Of a DNA stretch of 19,255 nucleotides, positions 12,698 to 19,255 are shown in pieces. Below the pieces are notes generated by a model, which did no database searches, was not told the DNA's origin, and saw only the letters and a program-made list of their open reading frames with translations. The first letter of the stretch is position 1. Every line of letters starts with the position of its first letter. A program made the position numbers and the translations under genes. This DNA comes from a virus. The stretch spans positions 1 to 19,255 of IMG/VR virus record IMGVR_UViG_3300037515_000038. One strand, written 5' to 3'.

Positions 12698-14179
12698 ATG
12701 AGCACTCGATCCCTCCCTACTAAGAGCACACGGTCTCGTGCCCGCACTCGGTTCGAGACGAAGCCGACCAAGGGGTCGAAGACCTGGACCCAGGACCTGA
12801 TCCGCATGGCCGACGAGTTGGGGACGCCTCTGATGCCGTGGCAGAAGAAGGGTGCCCGTCTGCTCGGTGAGCTTCGGGATGAGTGGTGCATCTGCCATGA
12901 CCCGCCTCGTCTGCTGCCCCGATACAAGACGGTGGTGGTCTCGGTGTGCCGCCAGCAGGGGAAGACGGTCCTGGCGCGGGTGGCGATCAGCACCAAGGCT
13001 GAGTCGGAGTGGGACCTGAAGATGTATGGGACGGCTCAGTCCCGCCAGTATGCGGCCCGCCATGTGGTCTCTCTGGGAGATTTCCTCCAGCAGACGGACC
13101 CTCTGTTGACGGTGAAGCGGGGTGTGGGAAACGAGGTTGTCGAATGGGAGAACGGCTCCACCTATCTGCCTATCTCCCCGACCGAAGGTGGCGGGCATGG
13201 TGACTCGATCGACTTTCTCCTGGTGGACGAGGGCTGGGCGGTGTCCGCTGTCACCTTGGGAGGCGTGGTTCCCGCCATGACCGCTCGACCCCACTCGCAA
13301 CTGCTCGCCATCTCGACTATGGGCACCGTCGACTCGGAAGTGTGGAACGGGATCGTCACCCAGGGCCGTGAGGCTGTGGACGACTCAGGTTCGGACATCG
13401 CCTACATCGAATATTCGGCTCCGTCAGATGAGGCTGTCTTTGATGAGTCACAGTGGCACACCTGGATGCCCGCCTTGGGGATCACCGTCTCCTACGACGA
13501 CATCCGCTCGGCCATGAAGCTCCTGGAGGCTGCCGAGGGCCGCAACGAAGTGGTGAGAGCCTTCGGGAACCGGACGGTGAAAACACTGGTGACCGTGTTC
13601 CCCGGCGACTACGTGGAGAAGGCATGGAGGGTAATCGACCCGCCCGACAGATTCGTGTTGGCAGTAGACATCAACGACGAGCCTGCCGGGGCTGCTGTCG
13701 CCACCGGGCATCTCGGGGAGGTTGACGGTGTGGTGGGTGGTGCGGTTCGGATCATCGAAGCCCGCTACGGGACGCCACGGTGGCTGCCCTCCTACGTCGA
13801 GGGGGTGCTCAGGAGTCGTGAGGTTGAGGCTGTCGTGGGTGACTTCGGCGGTCCTGCCCGTGAGGTCAAAGCGGAGCTAACAGCCATCTGTGAGGAGAAC
13901 CTGGTGCCTCTCATCGACCGGGTGCCCCGAGACCTGGCAGCCGACACCCGACGCTTCTACGACGGCCTCAGAGAAGGCACCGTCTACCTGAACAAGTCCG
14001 AATTCCTGGCCGAAGCGTTGGCAGGAGCAAGACGGAAAGACTTCTCCGACACCGGGCTGTGGGTGGTATCCCGTGGCCGCATGTCGGTCGACGCCTCCCC
14101 ACTGATCGCAGCGATCATGGCCCACGGGCTGGCGACGGAATTGTCGGTGTCACCCAAGGTCGAGTTCTTCGTCTATTGA
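12698..14179 (+). CDS. terL: Terminase large subunit (493 aa)
   Basis: Walker A-like VCRQQGKTV and Walker B-like DFLLVDEGW are present, followed by a C-terminal nuclease-type region. The gene lies upstream of the portal. Confidence 0.9.
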   Translation: MSTRSLPTKSTRSRARTRFETKPTKGSKTWTQDLIRMADELGTPLMPWQKKGARLLGELRDEWCICHDPPRLLPRYKTVVVSVCRQQGKTVLARVAISTKAESEWDLKMYGTAQSRQYAARHVVSLGDFLQQTDPLLTVKRGVGNEVVEWENGSTYLPISPTEGGGHGDSIDFLLVDEGWAVSAVTLGGVVPAMTARPHSQLLAISTMGTVDSEVWNGIVTQGREAVDDSGSDIAYIEYSAPSDEAVFDESQWHTWMPALGITVSYDDIRSAMKLLEAAEGRNEVVRAFGNRTVKTLVTVFPGDYVEKAWRVIDPPDRFVLAVDINDEPAGAAVATGHLGEVDGVVGGAVRIIEARYGTPRWLPSYVEGVLRSREVEAVVGDFGGPAREVKAELTAICEENLVPLIDRVPRDLAADTRRFYDGLREGTVYLNKSEFLAEALAGARRKDFSDTGLWVVSRGRMSVDASPLIAAIMAHGLATELSVSPKVEFFVY

Positions 14180-14226
14180 GAGCCGAGACAACCCTCAACC
14201 TCAACTAGAGGGTTATACTGTGGGAC

Positions 14227-15423
14227 GTGCAGATAGCAGGTCGCGAAATTCGTTGGTCTGAACCCTCCCTCCAACAGAGGTCGCTGGATCAGGTGACCGA
14301 CATCAACGTGGCGTTCACTGAGATGCAGAACAGTCTGCTCGGGTTGACCGAGAACTCGGTGCCGTCCGTGTTCCGTGCCCGCCAGTTCCTCTCCGACACG
14401 GTGGCCTCCCTCCATATGGATGAACTCCAGGGGAAGATCATCGTTGAGGACCCGTCTCCGATCATCACCGACCCTGACCCGACGATCACCTACCACGAGT
14501 TCATGGCCCAGGTGATGCTCTCCCTTCTCGACAACGGCAACGCCTATCTGTGGATCAAGACCCGAGACCAGTTGGGCAACCCCAAGTCGGCCTACGTCTG
14601 TGACCCGCTGGAGGTCAACGTCAATTGGGACAGGCAACGGTTGTATCGCCGCTACTCGTGGCGGGACCAGACCATGACCCCTGACGAGGACTTCCTTCAC
14701 ATCGCCATCAACCGTGGACCGGGCAAGTTGAAGGGGATGGGACCGATCGAAGCTGCCCGCACCACCACCATCCAGACGGCCAAGGCCGAGGAGGAGATGG
14801 CCCGAACACTGGCCGAGGACAACTACACGCCGTCGCTGGTCATCAAGTCCCCGGAGGTCAAGACGGCAGTAGACGCAGAGCGAGTCCTCAATATTTGGAT
14901 GGGTGCCCGAGACTCCAACGGTGGGGGTCGCAAACGCCCTTCGGTAGCCAACACTCTCACCGAGTTCGACCAACTCACCATCAACCCGGTTGACGCCCAA
15001 TGGATCGAATCCCGAGACTTCACCGTCCAGCAGATCGGCAGGCTGTTCGGCATCCACGGGTTCTTCCTCCTGGTCGAGTCGGGGTCGTCTCTCACCTACT
15101 CCACCACCGAGTCGCTGTTCCGTCTCCTGTTGACCGCCACCCTCAGACCCACCTACCTGGAGAGGATCGAACAGGCCATGTCGAGGCTTCTCCCCAGGGG
15201 AAGGATCGCCCGTTTCAACACCGATGAGATTCTCCGTGCCGACATCCTGTCTCGCTACGGGGCGTACCAGATCGGCACCGGGAACCGTGGCTTCCTCGCC
15301 GTCAACGAAGTCCGTGAGGATGAGGGACTTCCTCCGATTCCTGGAGGGGATGAGCTAATCGTTCCCTCTACCACGGAGCCTGCCCCTGTTCCTGCCCCTT
15401 CTCTGAATGGAGCATCAGCATGA
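14227..15423 (+). CDS. Portal protein, HK97 family (398 aa, GTG start)
   Basis: Motifs resemble HK97-type portals: LLDNGNAYLWI, FLHIA, KGMGPIEAAR and WIESRDFTVQQIGRLFGI. Size and position also fit. Confidence 0.9.
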   Translation: MQIAGREIRWSEPSLQQRSLDQVTDINVAFTEMQNSLLGLTENSVPSVFRARQFLSDTVASLHMDELQGKIIVEDPSPIITDPDPTITYHEFMAQVMLSLLDNGNAYLWIKTRDQLGNPKSAYVCDPLEVNVNWDRQRLYRRYSWRDQTMTPDEDFLHIAINRGPGKLKGMGPIEAARTTTIQTAKAEEEMARTLAEDNYTPSLVIKSPEVKTAVDAERVLNIWMGARDSNGGGRKRPSVANTLTEFDQLTINPVDAQWIESRDFTVQQIGRLFGIHGFFLLVESGSSLTYSTTESLFRLLLTATLRPTYLERIEQAMSRLLPRGRIARFNTDEILRADILSRYGAYQIGTGNRGFLAVNEVREDEGLPPIPGGDELIVPSTTEPAPVPAPSLNGASA

Positions 15424-17108
15424 CCGACAGATCTAGAGACGACCAAGGCCGGTTCCTCCCCGACGCCGTCTACCCCGACGAGGAGATGGCTCTGGAGGTC
15501 AGGGACTTCGAGCGCCGGGAGATCGTCGCCCGTTTGCTCCCTTACAACGAGCCGATCCTGGTCCGTGGAAGGCCAGAGTCGTTTGTGAGGGGTGCTGTGG
15601 CGGGCATCGACCCCACGTCGATCAAGCTGCTCTCCTTCCACGACCAGCGCCGTCCCATCGGCAAGAGCGTCGAGTTGGAGGAGCGAGACGACGGAGCCTA
15701 CGTCCGATTCCGCATCTCGAAGACCACCGAAGGCGACGAGATGCTCGAACTCGCCAACGACGGGGTCCTCTCCATCTCCCCAGGCTTCATCCCAGGCGTC
15801 CAGAACCAACAGGGTGTTCATCAGAGGTTGAAGGCCCTACCCGAAGCGTCCTTGGTGACCTTCGCTGCATACAGCGGAGCCAAGGTCCTGTCCGTAAGAG
15901 AAAAGGAGGCCGCAATGGCCGACAACAAGCCCACAACCGAACCTGTCGAGGAGCCAGCCGTGCAGACGGTTGACCTCGGCCCCATTGAGACACGTCTGAA
16001 GGACCTCTCGACCCAGATCGAGACCCTCCAGTCGGTGGTCGATGCCCCAGCCCGCAACCTGCCAGCCGGTGGTCCCACACCGTTCGACTGGTTCATGGCG
16101 CAGATGGAGGAAAGACTCCAGCCTCGCTCCATGCAGTATCGGGAAGCCCTCGATGAGAAGTGGGAGAACTTCCAGACCCGAGCCAAGGAGGGGACACTCC
16201 AGACCCGTGCCCTAGCCGACATCACTGGTGGGCAGACCCAGGCCGGTGACAACGACCCAGCCGACGACCTGTCGGGTCTCGTGGTCGAGGAGTATCTCGC
16301 CTCTCAACTGGTGAGCATCCTTGACCGGAGACGGCCACTGTTCGCCAGCTTCGGCTCGTTCCCGTCACCCCGTTCTGGTTACGCCCGCATCCCGGTCGTC
16401 ACCCAGCACGTCACGGTGGCTGCCCGCACCGCCCAGAAGACGGAGCCGACCAGCCAGAAGATGATCCTGAAGACCGAGCCGTTCGAGGCGAAATGGTTGG
16501 ACGGAGCACTCGACGTGGCTATCGAGGTCACCCAGATGGCCGAGCTTCCCGTCATGGAGATGGTGTGGGAGGACCTGAGAGGCGCATACGCCGCAGCCAC
16601 CGAGCACGATGTCACCAACGGTGCCGTGCCCTGGTTCGAGGCTGGTGCCCTCGGGTTCACCTACACGGGCACAGCCCTCGACACTGCCACCTACGCCGGG
16701 TTCATAGCCGACGTGGAGGAGCAGATCGACACCATCGAAGATGCGGCCGGGGAGCCTCCCAGCGTCCTGGCCGTCACCCGTGCCCAATGGCGGGTCCTGG
16801 TGGCGATGGTCGACGCCAACGACCGGAGACTGTTCTCCACGATCAACCCTCAGAACGCTGACGCCTCGGTGGGTCTCACCGCCCGGTCGTTCAGCCTTCC
16901 CGGTGGGATCGAAGTGTTCAAGGTGAAGGGTCTCACCCAGGCAGCCCTCTACGGGCCGTCTGCCCTCCGTGCCACCGACTACGGCCCGTCACGGGTCGAA
17001 GCGACCAACGTGGCCCTGATGGGTCGGGACATCGGCATCCTCGGACGGACCATGCTGGTCAACCGAATCCCTGCCGGTGTCGTTGTGTTCGGAACCGAAC
17101 CGTCCTGA
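15420..17108 (+). CDS. Fusion of prohead (HK97/S78-type) protease, a scaffold-like linker and the major capsid protein (562 aa)
   Basis: The N-terminal 150 aa or so resemble the HK97 protease (LLSFHDQRRPIGKS..., GVLSISPGF). A coiled-coil linker follows (ETRLKDLSTQIETLQSV). The C-terminal 300 aa or so are HK97-fold capsid-like. No stop separates them. An in-frame internal SD plus ATG is at 15903..15917. Confidence 0.8.
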   Translation: MTDRSRDDQGRFLPDAVYPDEEMALEVRDFERREIVARLLPYNEPILVRGRPESFVRGAVAGIDPTSIKLLSFHDQRRPIGKSVELEERDDGAYVRFRISKTTEGDEMLELANDGVLSISPGFIPGVQNQQGVHQRLKALPEASLVTFAAYSGAKVLSVREKEAAMADNKPTTEPVEEPAVQTVDLGPIETRLKDLSTQIETLQSVVDAPARNLPAGGPTPFDWFMAQMEERLQPRSMQYREALDEKWENFQTRAKEGTLQTRALADITGGQTQAGDNDPADDLSGLVVEEYLASQLVSILDRRRPLFASFGSFPSPRSGYARIPVVTQHVTVAARTAQKTEPTSQKMILKTEPFEAKWLDGALDVAIEVTQMAELPVMEMVWEDLRGAYAAATEHDVTNGAVPWFEAGALGFTYTGTALDTATYAGFIADVEEQIDTIEDAAGEPPSVLAVTRAQWRVLVAMVDANDRRLFSTINPQNADASVGLTARSFSLPGGIEVFKVKGLTQAALYGPSALRATDYGPSRVEATNVALMGRDIGILGRTMLVNRIPAGVVVFGTEPS

Positions 17109-17464
17109 TGGCTGACCCCGTAGACGCAACCCCCGAGATCGAGGCTCGGCTGGCACAGGCTGTGCTGGCTAAGGCTCTGCGTATCTATGCGCTGGCCGAG
17201 GCTCCCTTGGGGACGCACGGGGAGATGACCGAGTTCGGAATGATGGCGGTGAGGCCCGACTACCAGATTCAGGAGCTACTCGGAGGGTTGCTCCGTGTCA
17301 ACTGGGATGTTGACCTCACCACCATGATCACGTCAGACGACGTGGTCCGTCATCTCGGCTACGACGACCTGCCAGCAGCCAAGGTCGTTGACATCGACAG
17401 GGCTATCGCTGCTGCCACCTCATGGGTGGCCGACTATGTGTTGGGAGCGGTGGCAATTGCATGA
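17108..17464 (+). CDS. Head-tail adaptor (gp6-like connector) protein (118 aa)
   Basis: Position is directly after the capsid gene. The segment ITSDDVVRHLGYDD...DIDRAIAAATSWVADYV resembles gp6-like connectors. Confidence 0.55.
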   Translation: MADPVDATPEIEARLAQAVLAKALRIYALAEAPLGTHGEMTEFGMMAVRPDYQIQELLGGLLRVNWDVDLTTMITSDDVVRHLGYDDLPAAKVVDIDRAIAAATSWVADYVLGAVAIA

Positions 17465-17832
17465 GCAACATCACCATCGTCGCTGGGGCACTCACCACAG
17501 AGTTCTCCGATGTGGCGTTCGCTGCCGCCCTACCCACCACGTTCACCGCACCGTCTGTGGTGGTAGCCCCAGGAGACCCGTTCCTCGCTCCATCCACGTT
17601 CGGTGGCGTCACCGAGACATGGGATGTGTTGGTGGTGGTGTCGTTCAAGGACAAGGCTGCCGGACTCATCCAGATGCGGGACCTGTCCCTACGTGTCAGA
17701 GAGGTCGTCTCCAAAGCTGGAGCCACCTGGCGTCAAGCGTCGGGTCCTCGGATCAGGGACGGGGAGGCCAACAAAGACTTCGTCATGTCAGTCAACCAGA
17801 TCACATTTGATCACATACCACAGGAGGCATAA
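17461..17832 (+). CDS. Head-tail joining / tail terminator-like protein (123 aa)
   Basis: ATG 17461 overlaps the upstream stop (ATGA). The call rests on position and size. Family resemblance is weak. Confidence 0.45.
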   Translation: MSNITIVAGALTTEFSDVAFAAALPTTFTAPSVVVAPGDPFLAPSTFGGVTETWDVLVVVSFKDKAAGLIQMRDLSLRVREVVSKAGATWRQASGPRIRDGEANKDFVMSVNQITFDHIPQEA

Positions 17833-18251
17833 TGCCTGACCCAATCTTCATCCCCGGTTACTTGGGAACAGTCGTTCTCAACAGCGAAGACCTATCCATC
17901 ATCGGCCATGTGGTGAGCCTCGACGGCTCCCGTGACACCCTCACCAAGAAGGTGTTCGGCCAGACCCATGCGTTCACCATCGGAGGCCAGCGAATGGAAG
18001 CCTTCTCGGCTTCCGGCTCCATTTCCGCTGAGAAGATCGCAGCCTTGGAGGCCGCATACCAGACACAGGCTGCCGTAGCGTTCTCAATGCAGATCGGTGA
18101 GGCGGCGGGAGCCACCGATGGTGGTGTCTACACGGGCAATTGCATCATCGGCTCACGTCGGATCGAAGGCAACGCCGAAGGCCAGTGGACTTGGAACATC
18201 ACCGCCCAGGCGTCCGGCGTTCCCGTCTACACGCCTGCTGCTGCGTCGTGA
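17832..18251 (+). CDS. Putative major tail (tube) protein (139 aa)
   Basis: A strong AGGAGG lies upstream and the start forms a TAATG overlap. It is the only unassigned structural-size ORF between the connectors and the tape measure. The beta-rich composition is tail-tube-like. Confidence 0.45.
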   Translation: MPDPIFIPGYLGTVVLNSEDLSIIGHVVSLDGSRDTLTKKVFGQTHAFTIGGQRMEAFSASGSISAEKIAALEAAYQTQAAVAFSMQIGEAAGATDGGVYTGNCIIGSRRIEGNAEGQWTWNITAQASGVPVYTPAAAS

Positions 18252-18257
18252 TCCTGA

Positions 18258-18644
18258 GTGCCTGCCCCTGGAGTTCGTGTTGAAGGTCTGAACCTTCTGG
18301 TCCGCAATCTCCGCAAGGTGTCCACCGACTACCCCAAGGAGATGAAGGAGATACACCGGAAGATCGGTGAGCCTATCGCCGTGAAGGCCAGGGGCTTGGC
18401 TCGGGTCCGCTCAGGGCGGATGAGGGGGACCATCAAGTCGGCTCCCACCACCCGTGCAGCCCGAGTGTCGGCAGGGCAGCGGACCAAATACACCGGCGTC
18501 CAGCATTGGGGGTGGCCCGCCCACAACATCACTCCCAACCCGTTCCTCACCGAAGCTGTCACCGAGCTTCGAGACAAGACGGTGGCCGACTACCAGAAGC
18601 TCACCAACGAGTTCGTGGAGAGGGTATGGATAGACAACTTCTAG
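18258..18644 (+). CDS. HK97 gp10-family (tail completion / head-tail joining) protein (128 aa, GTG start)
   Basis: The segment VRSGRMRGTIKS...AGQRTKYTGVQHWGWPAHNITPNPFLTEA matches the gp10-family pattern (tG.lr.sI ... Y...vE.G ... PFl..A). Confidence 0.55.
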   Translation: MPAPGVRVEGLNLLVRNLRKVSTDYPKEMKEIHRKIGEPIAVKARGLARVRSGRMRGTIKSAPTTRAARVSAGQRTKYTGVQHWGWPAHNITPNPFLTEAVTELRDKTVADYQKLTNEFVERVWIDNF

Positions 18645-18928
18645 ATATCAATGAGTTGACCTTCCGGTTCGAGCTTGCCGACAGGGTTGTGAACGTGGTG
18701 GTCGACTTCGACTTCTCCGATTTCACCAAGTTCGATGTGGAGCGGGTCGGTGTCCTCCTCGACGGCCAGGTCGATGGGGGGGCTGAAACGGCTGCCGCCT
18801 TCTTCTTCGTCAAGGCTGCCCGCCAGGTCCCCGAACTGACCGACGACGACTTCGGGCCGTTCGCTACAGCCTTTGTTCCCGTGCTCCAAGGGGACGAGAC
18901 CGCCATCGAGTTGGTGGGGGTCGACTGA
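18626..18928 (+). CDS. Putative tail assembly chaperone (100 aa, acidic)
   Basis: GGAG lies 5 nt upstream of ATG 18626. The stop overlaps the tape-measure ATG (ATGA). It is a small acidic protein immediately 5' of the tape measure. Confidence 0.4.
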   Translation: MDRQLLDINELTFRFELADRVVNVVVDFDFSDFTKFDVERVGVLLDGQVDGGAETAAAFFFVKAARQVPELTDDDFGPFATAFVPVLQGDETAIELVGVD

Positions 18929-19255
18929 TGGCTTCCAACGTTGTCCGTGTCTCGATCCTGGCTGACGCCAAGTCTCTAGAACAACAACTCCGAGGAGCAG
19001 GCAAGGAAGCCCAAGCCTTCGGGGATCGTATGGGGTTGATGGGCAAGGCGGTTGTCGCTGCTGTTGCCATCAAAGCCCTCAGTGCTGTCAAAGACTTCGT
19101 CAGTGGGTCGGTTGACGCCTACAAAGATCTGACCGAGTCCACCAACGCTGTCGAAAAGACCTTCGGTGACGCAGCCGAAGCCATCCTCGACATCGGTAGG
19201 AACTCTGCCGAGAGTTTTGGGTTGTCGAAGGCCGAGTTCAACTCCTTTGCCGTCT
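18928..19255 (+). CDS. Tail tape measure protein, 5' portion. It continues at base 128 of the window via the circular junction.
   Basis: ATG 18928 opens an ORF that runs off the window end. Its last 127 nt duplicate 1..127, in frame with the ORF ending at 1584. Confidence 0.85.
   Translation, partial: MASNVVRVSILADAKSLEQQLRGAGKEAQAFGDRMGLMGKAVVAAVAIKALSAVKDFVSGSVDAYKDLTESTNAVEKTFGDAAEAILDIGRNSAESFGLSKAEFNSFAV
19129..19255. repeat. Second copy of the 127-bp terminal overlap
   Basis: Identical to 1..127. Confidence 0.95.

Noticed and set aside
12434-13300. Long minus-strand ORFs: 12434..13300 (288 aa), 14173..15057 (294 aa), 15255..15821 (188 aa), 3866..4450 (194 aa), and others
   Set aside because: All lie antisense to well-supported + strand genes (terminase, portal, capsid fusion, tail protein). 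Their Arg/Gly/Pro/Val-rich, low-complexity composition is typical of stop-poor antisense frames in high-G+C DNA. I see no family motifs.
14190-14214. A hairpin, AACCCTC-(11 nt)-GAGGGTT, between the terminase and portal genes
   Set aside because: It is only a 7-bp stem with a large loop and no T tract. I cannot tell it apart from chance or a minor translational-coupling element without conservation data.
18506-18644. The frame of 18626..18928 is open back to 18506 and is -1 relative to the gp10-like gene, which resembles a G/GT chaperone frameshift pair
   Set aside because: There is no slippery heptamer in the overlap; only a G5 run at 18508..18512 is present. The 18506..18625 portion of that frame has poor GC3 and an Arg/His/Gln/Pro-rich translation. 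ATG 18626 has its own GGAG ribosome-binding site.
18787-18927. The -1 frame of the putative chaperone is open and continuous with the tape-measure ORF, so a chaperone-tape-measure fusion by frameshift is conceivable
   Set aside because: I found no canonical slippery site in 18787..18927. An open stretch of 47 codons is not unusual in high-G+C sequence.

Overview
The window is a complete phage genome. Bases 1..127 are identical to 19129..19255, so the contig closes on itself with a unit length of 19,128 bp. The tape-measure gene runs across that junction.

It looks like a very small, high-G+C siphovirus-type dsDNA phage with actinobacterial-style gene organisation. All convincing genes are on the + strand. 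Most are chained by ATGA/GTGA/TTGA start-stop overlaps, and GTG/TTG starts are common.

Circular gene order:
- HNH endonuclease (12375), large terminase, HK97-type portal, and a single ORF fusing prohead protease, a scaffold-like linker and the major capsid protein
- head-tail connector proteins, a putative tail tube protein, an HK97-gp10-like protein, a putative tail chaperone, and the tape measure (18928..19255 plus 1..1584)
- a glycine-rich tail protein, then an 857-aa Dit-like protein carrying a 5-blade beta-propeller insertion and a C-terminal LamG/ConA-like lectin domain
- a tail-collar fibre with nine HxH motifs, then four small genes (one HTH, one Cys-rich)
- a 521-aa protein with 13 tandem 24-aa Thr/Asp-rich repeats, a SAM-methyltransferase-like gene, a GT-A/Stealth-like glycosyltransferase-like gene, and a small N-terminal-TM protein
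- a 637-bp lower-G+C region with no convincing coding signal, then a short early module (HTH, unknowns, HNH-like protein, small membrane proteins)

Not found by eye: endolysin, integrase, repressor, replication genes, small terminase, tRNA, CRISPR.

Best leads:
- the repeat protein plus methyltransferase/glycosyltransferase trio, a possible virion glycosylation module, sitting where a lysis cassette would normally be
- the absence of any recognisable lysin
- the exact 8-mer CGAACGTT, found six times and only in the two intergenic regions flanking the early module
- an internal Shine-Dalgarno plus ATG inside the protease-capsid fusion

All family assignments come from motif recognition by eye. 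No searches were run.
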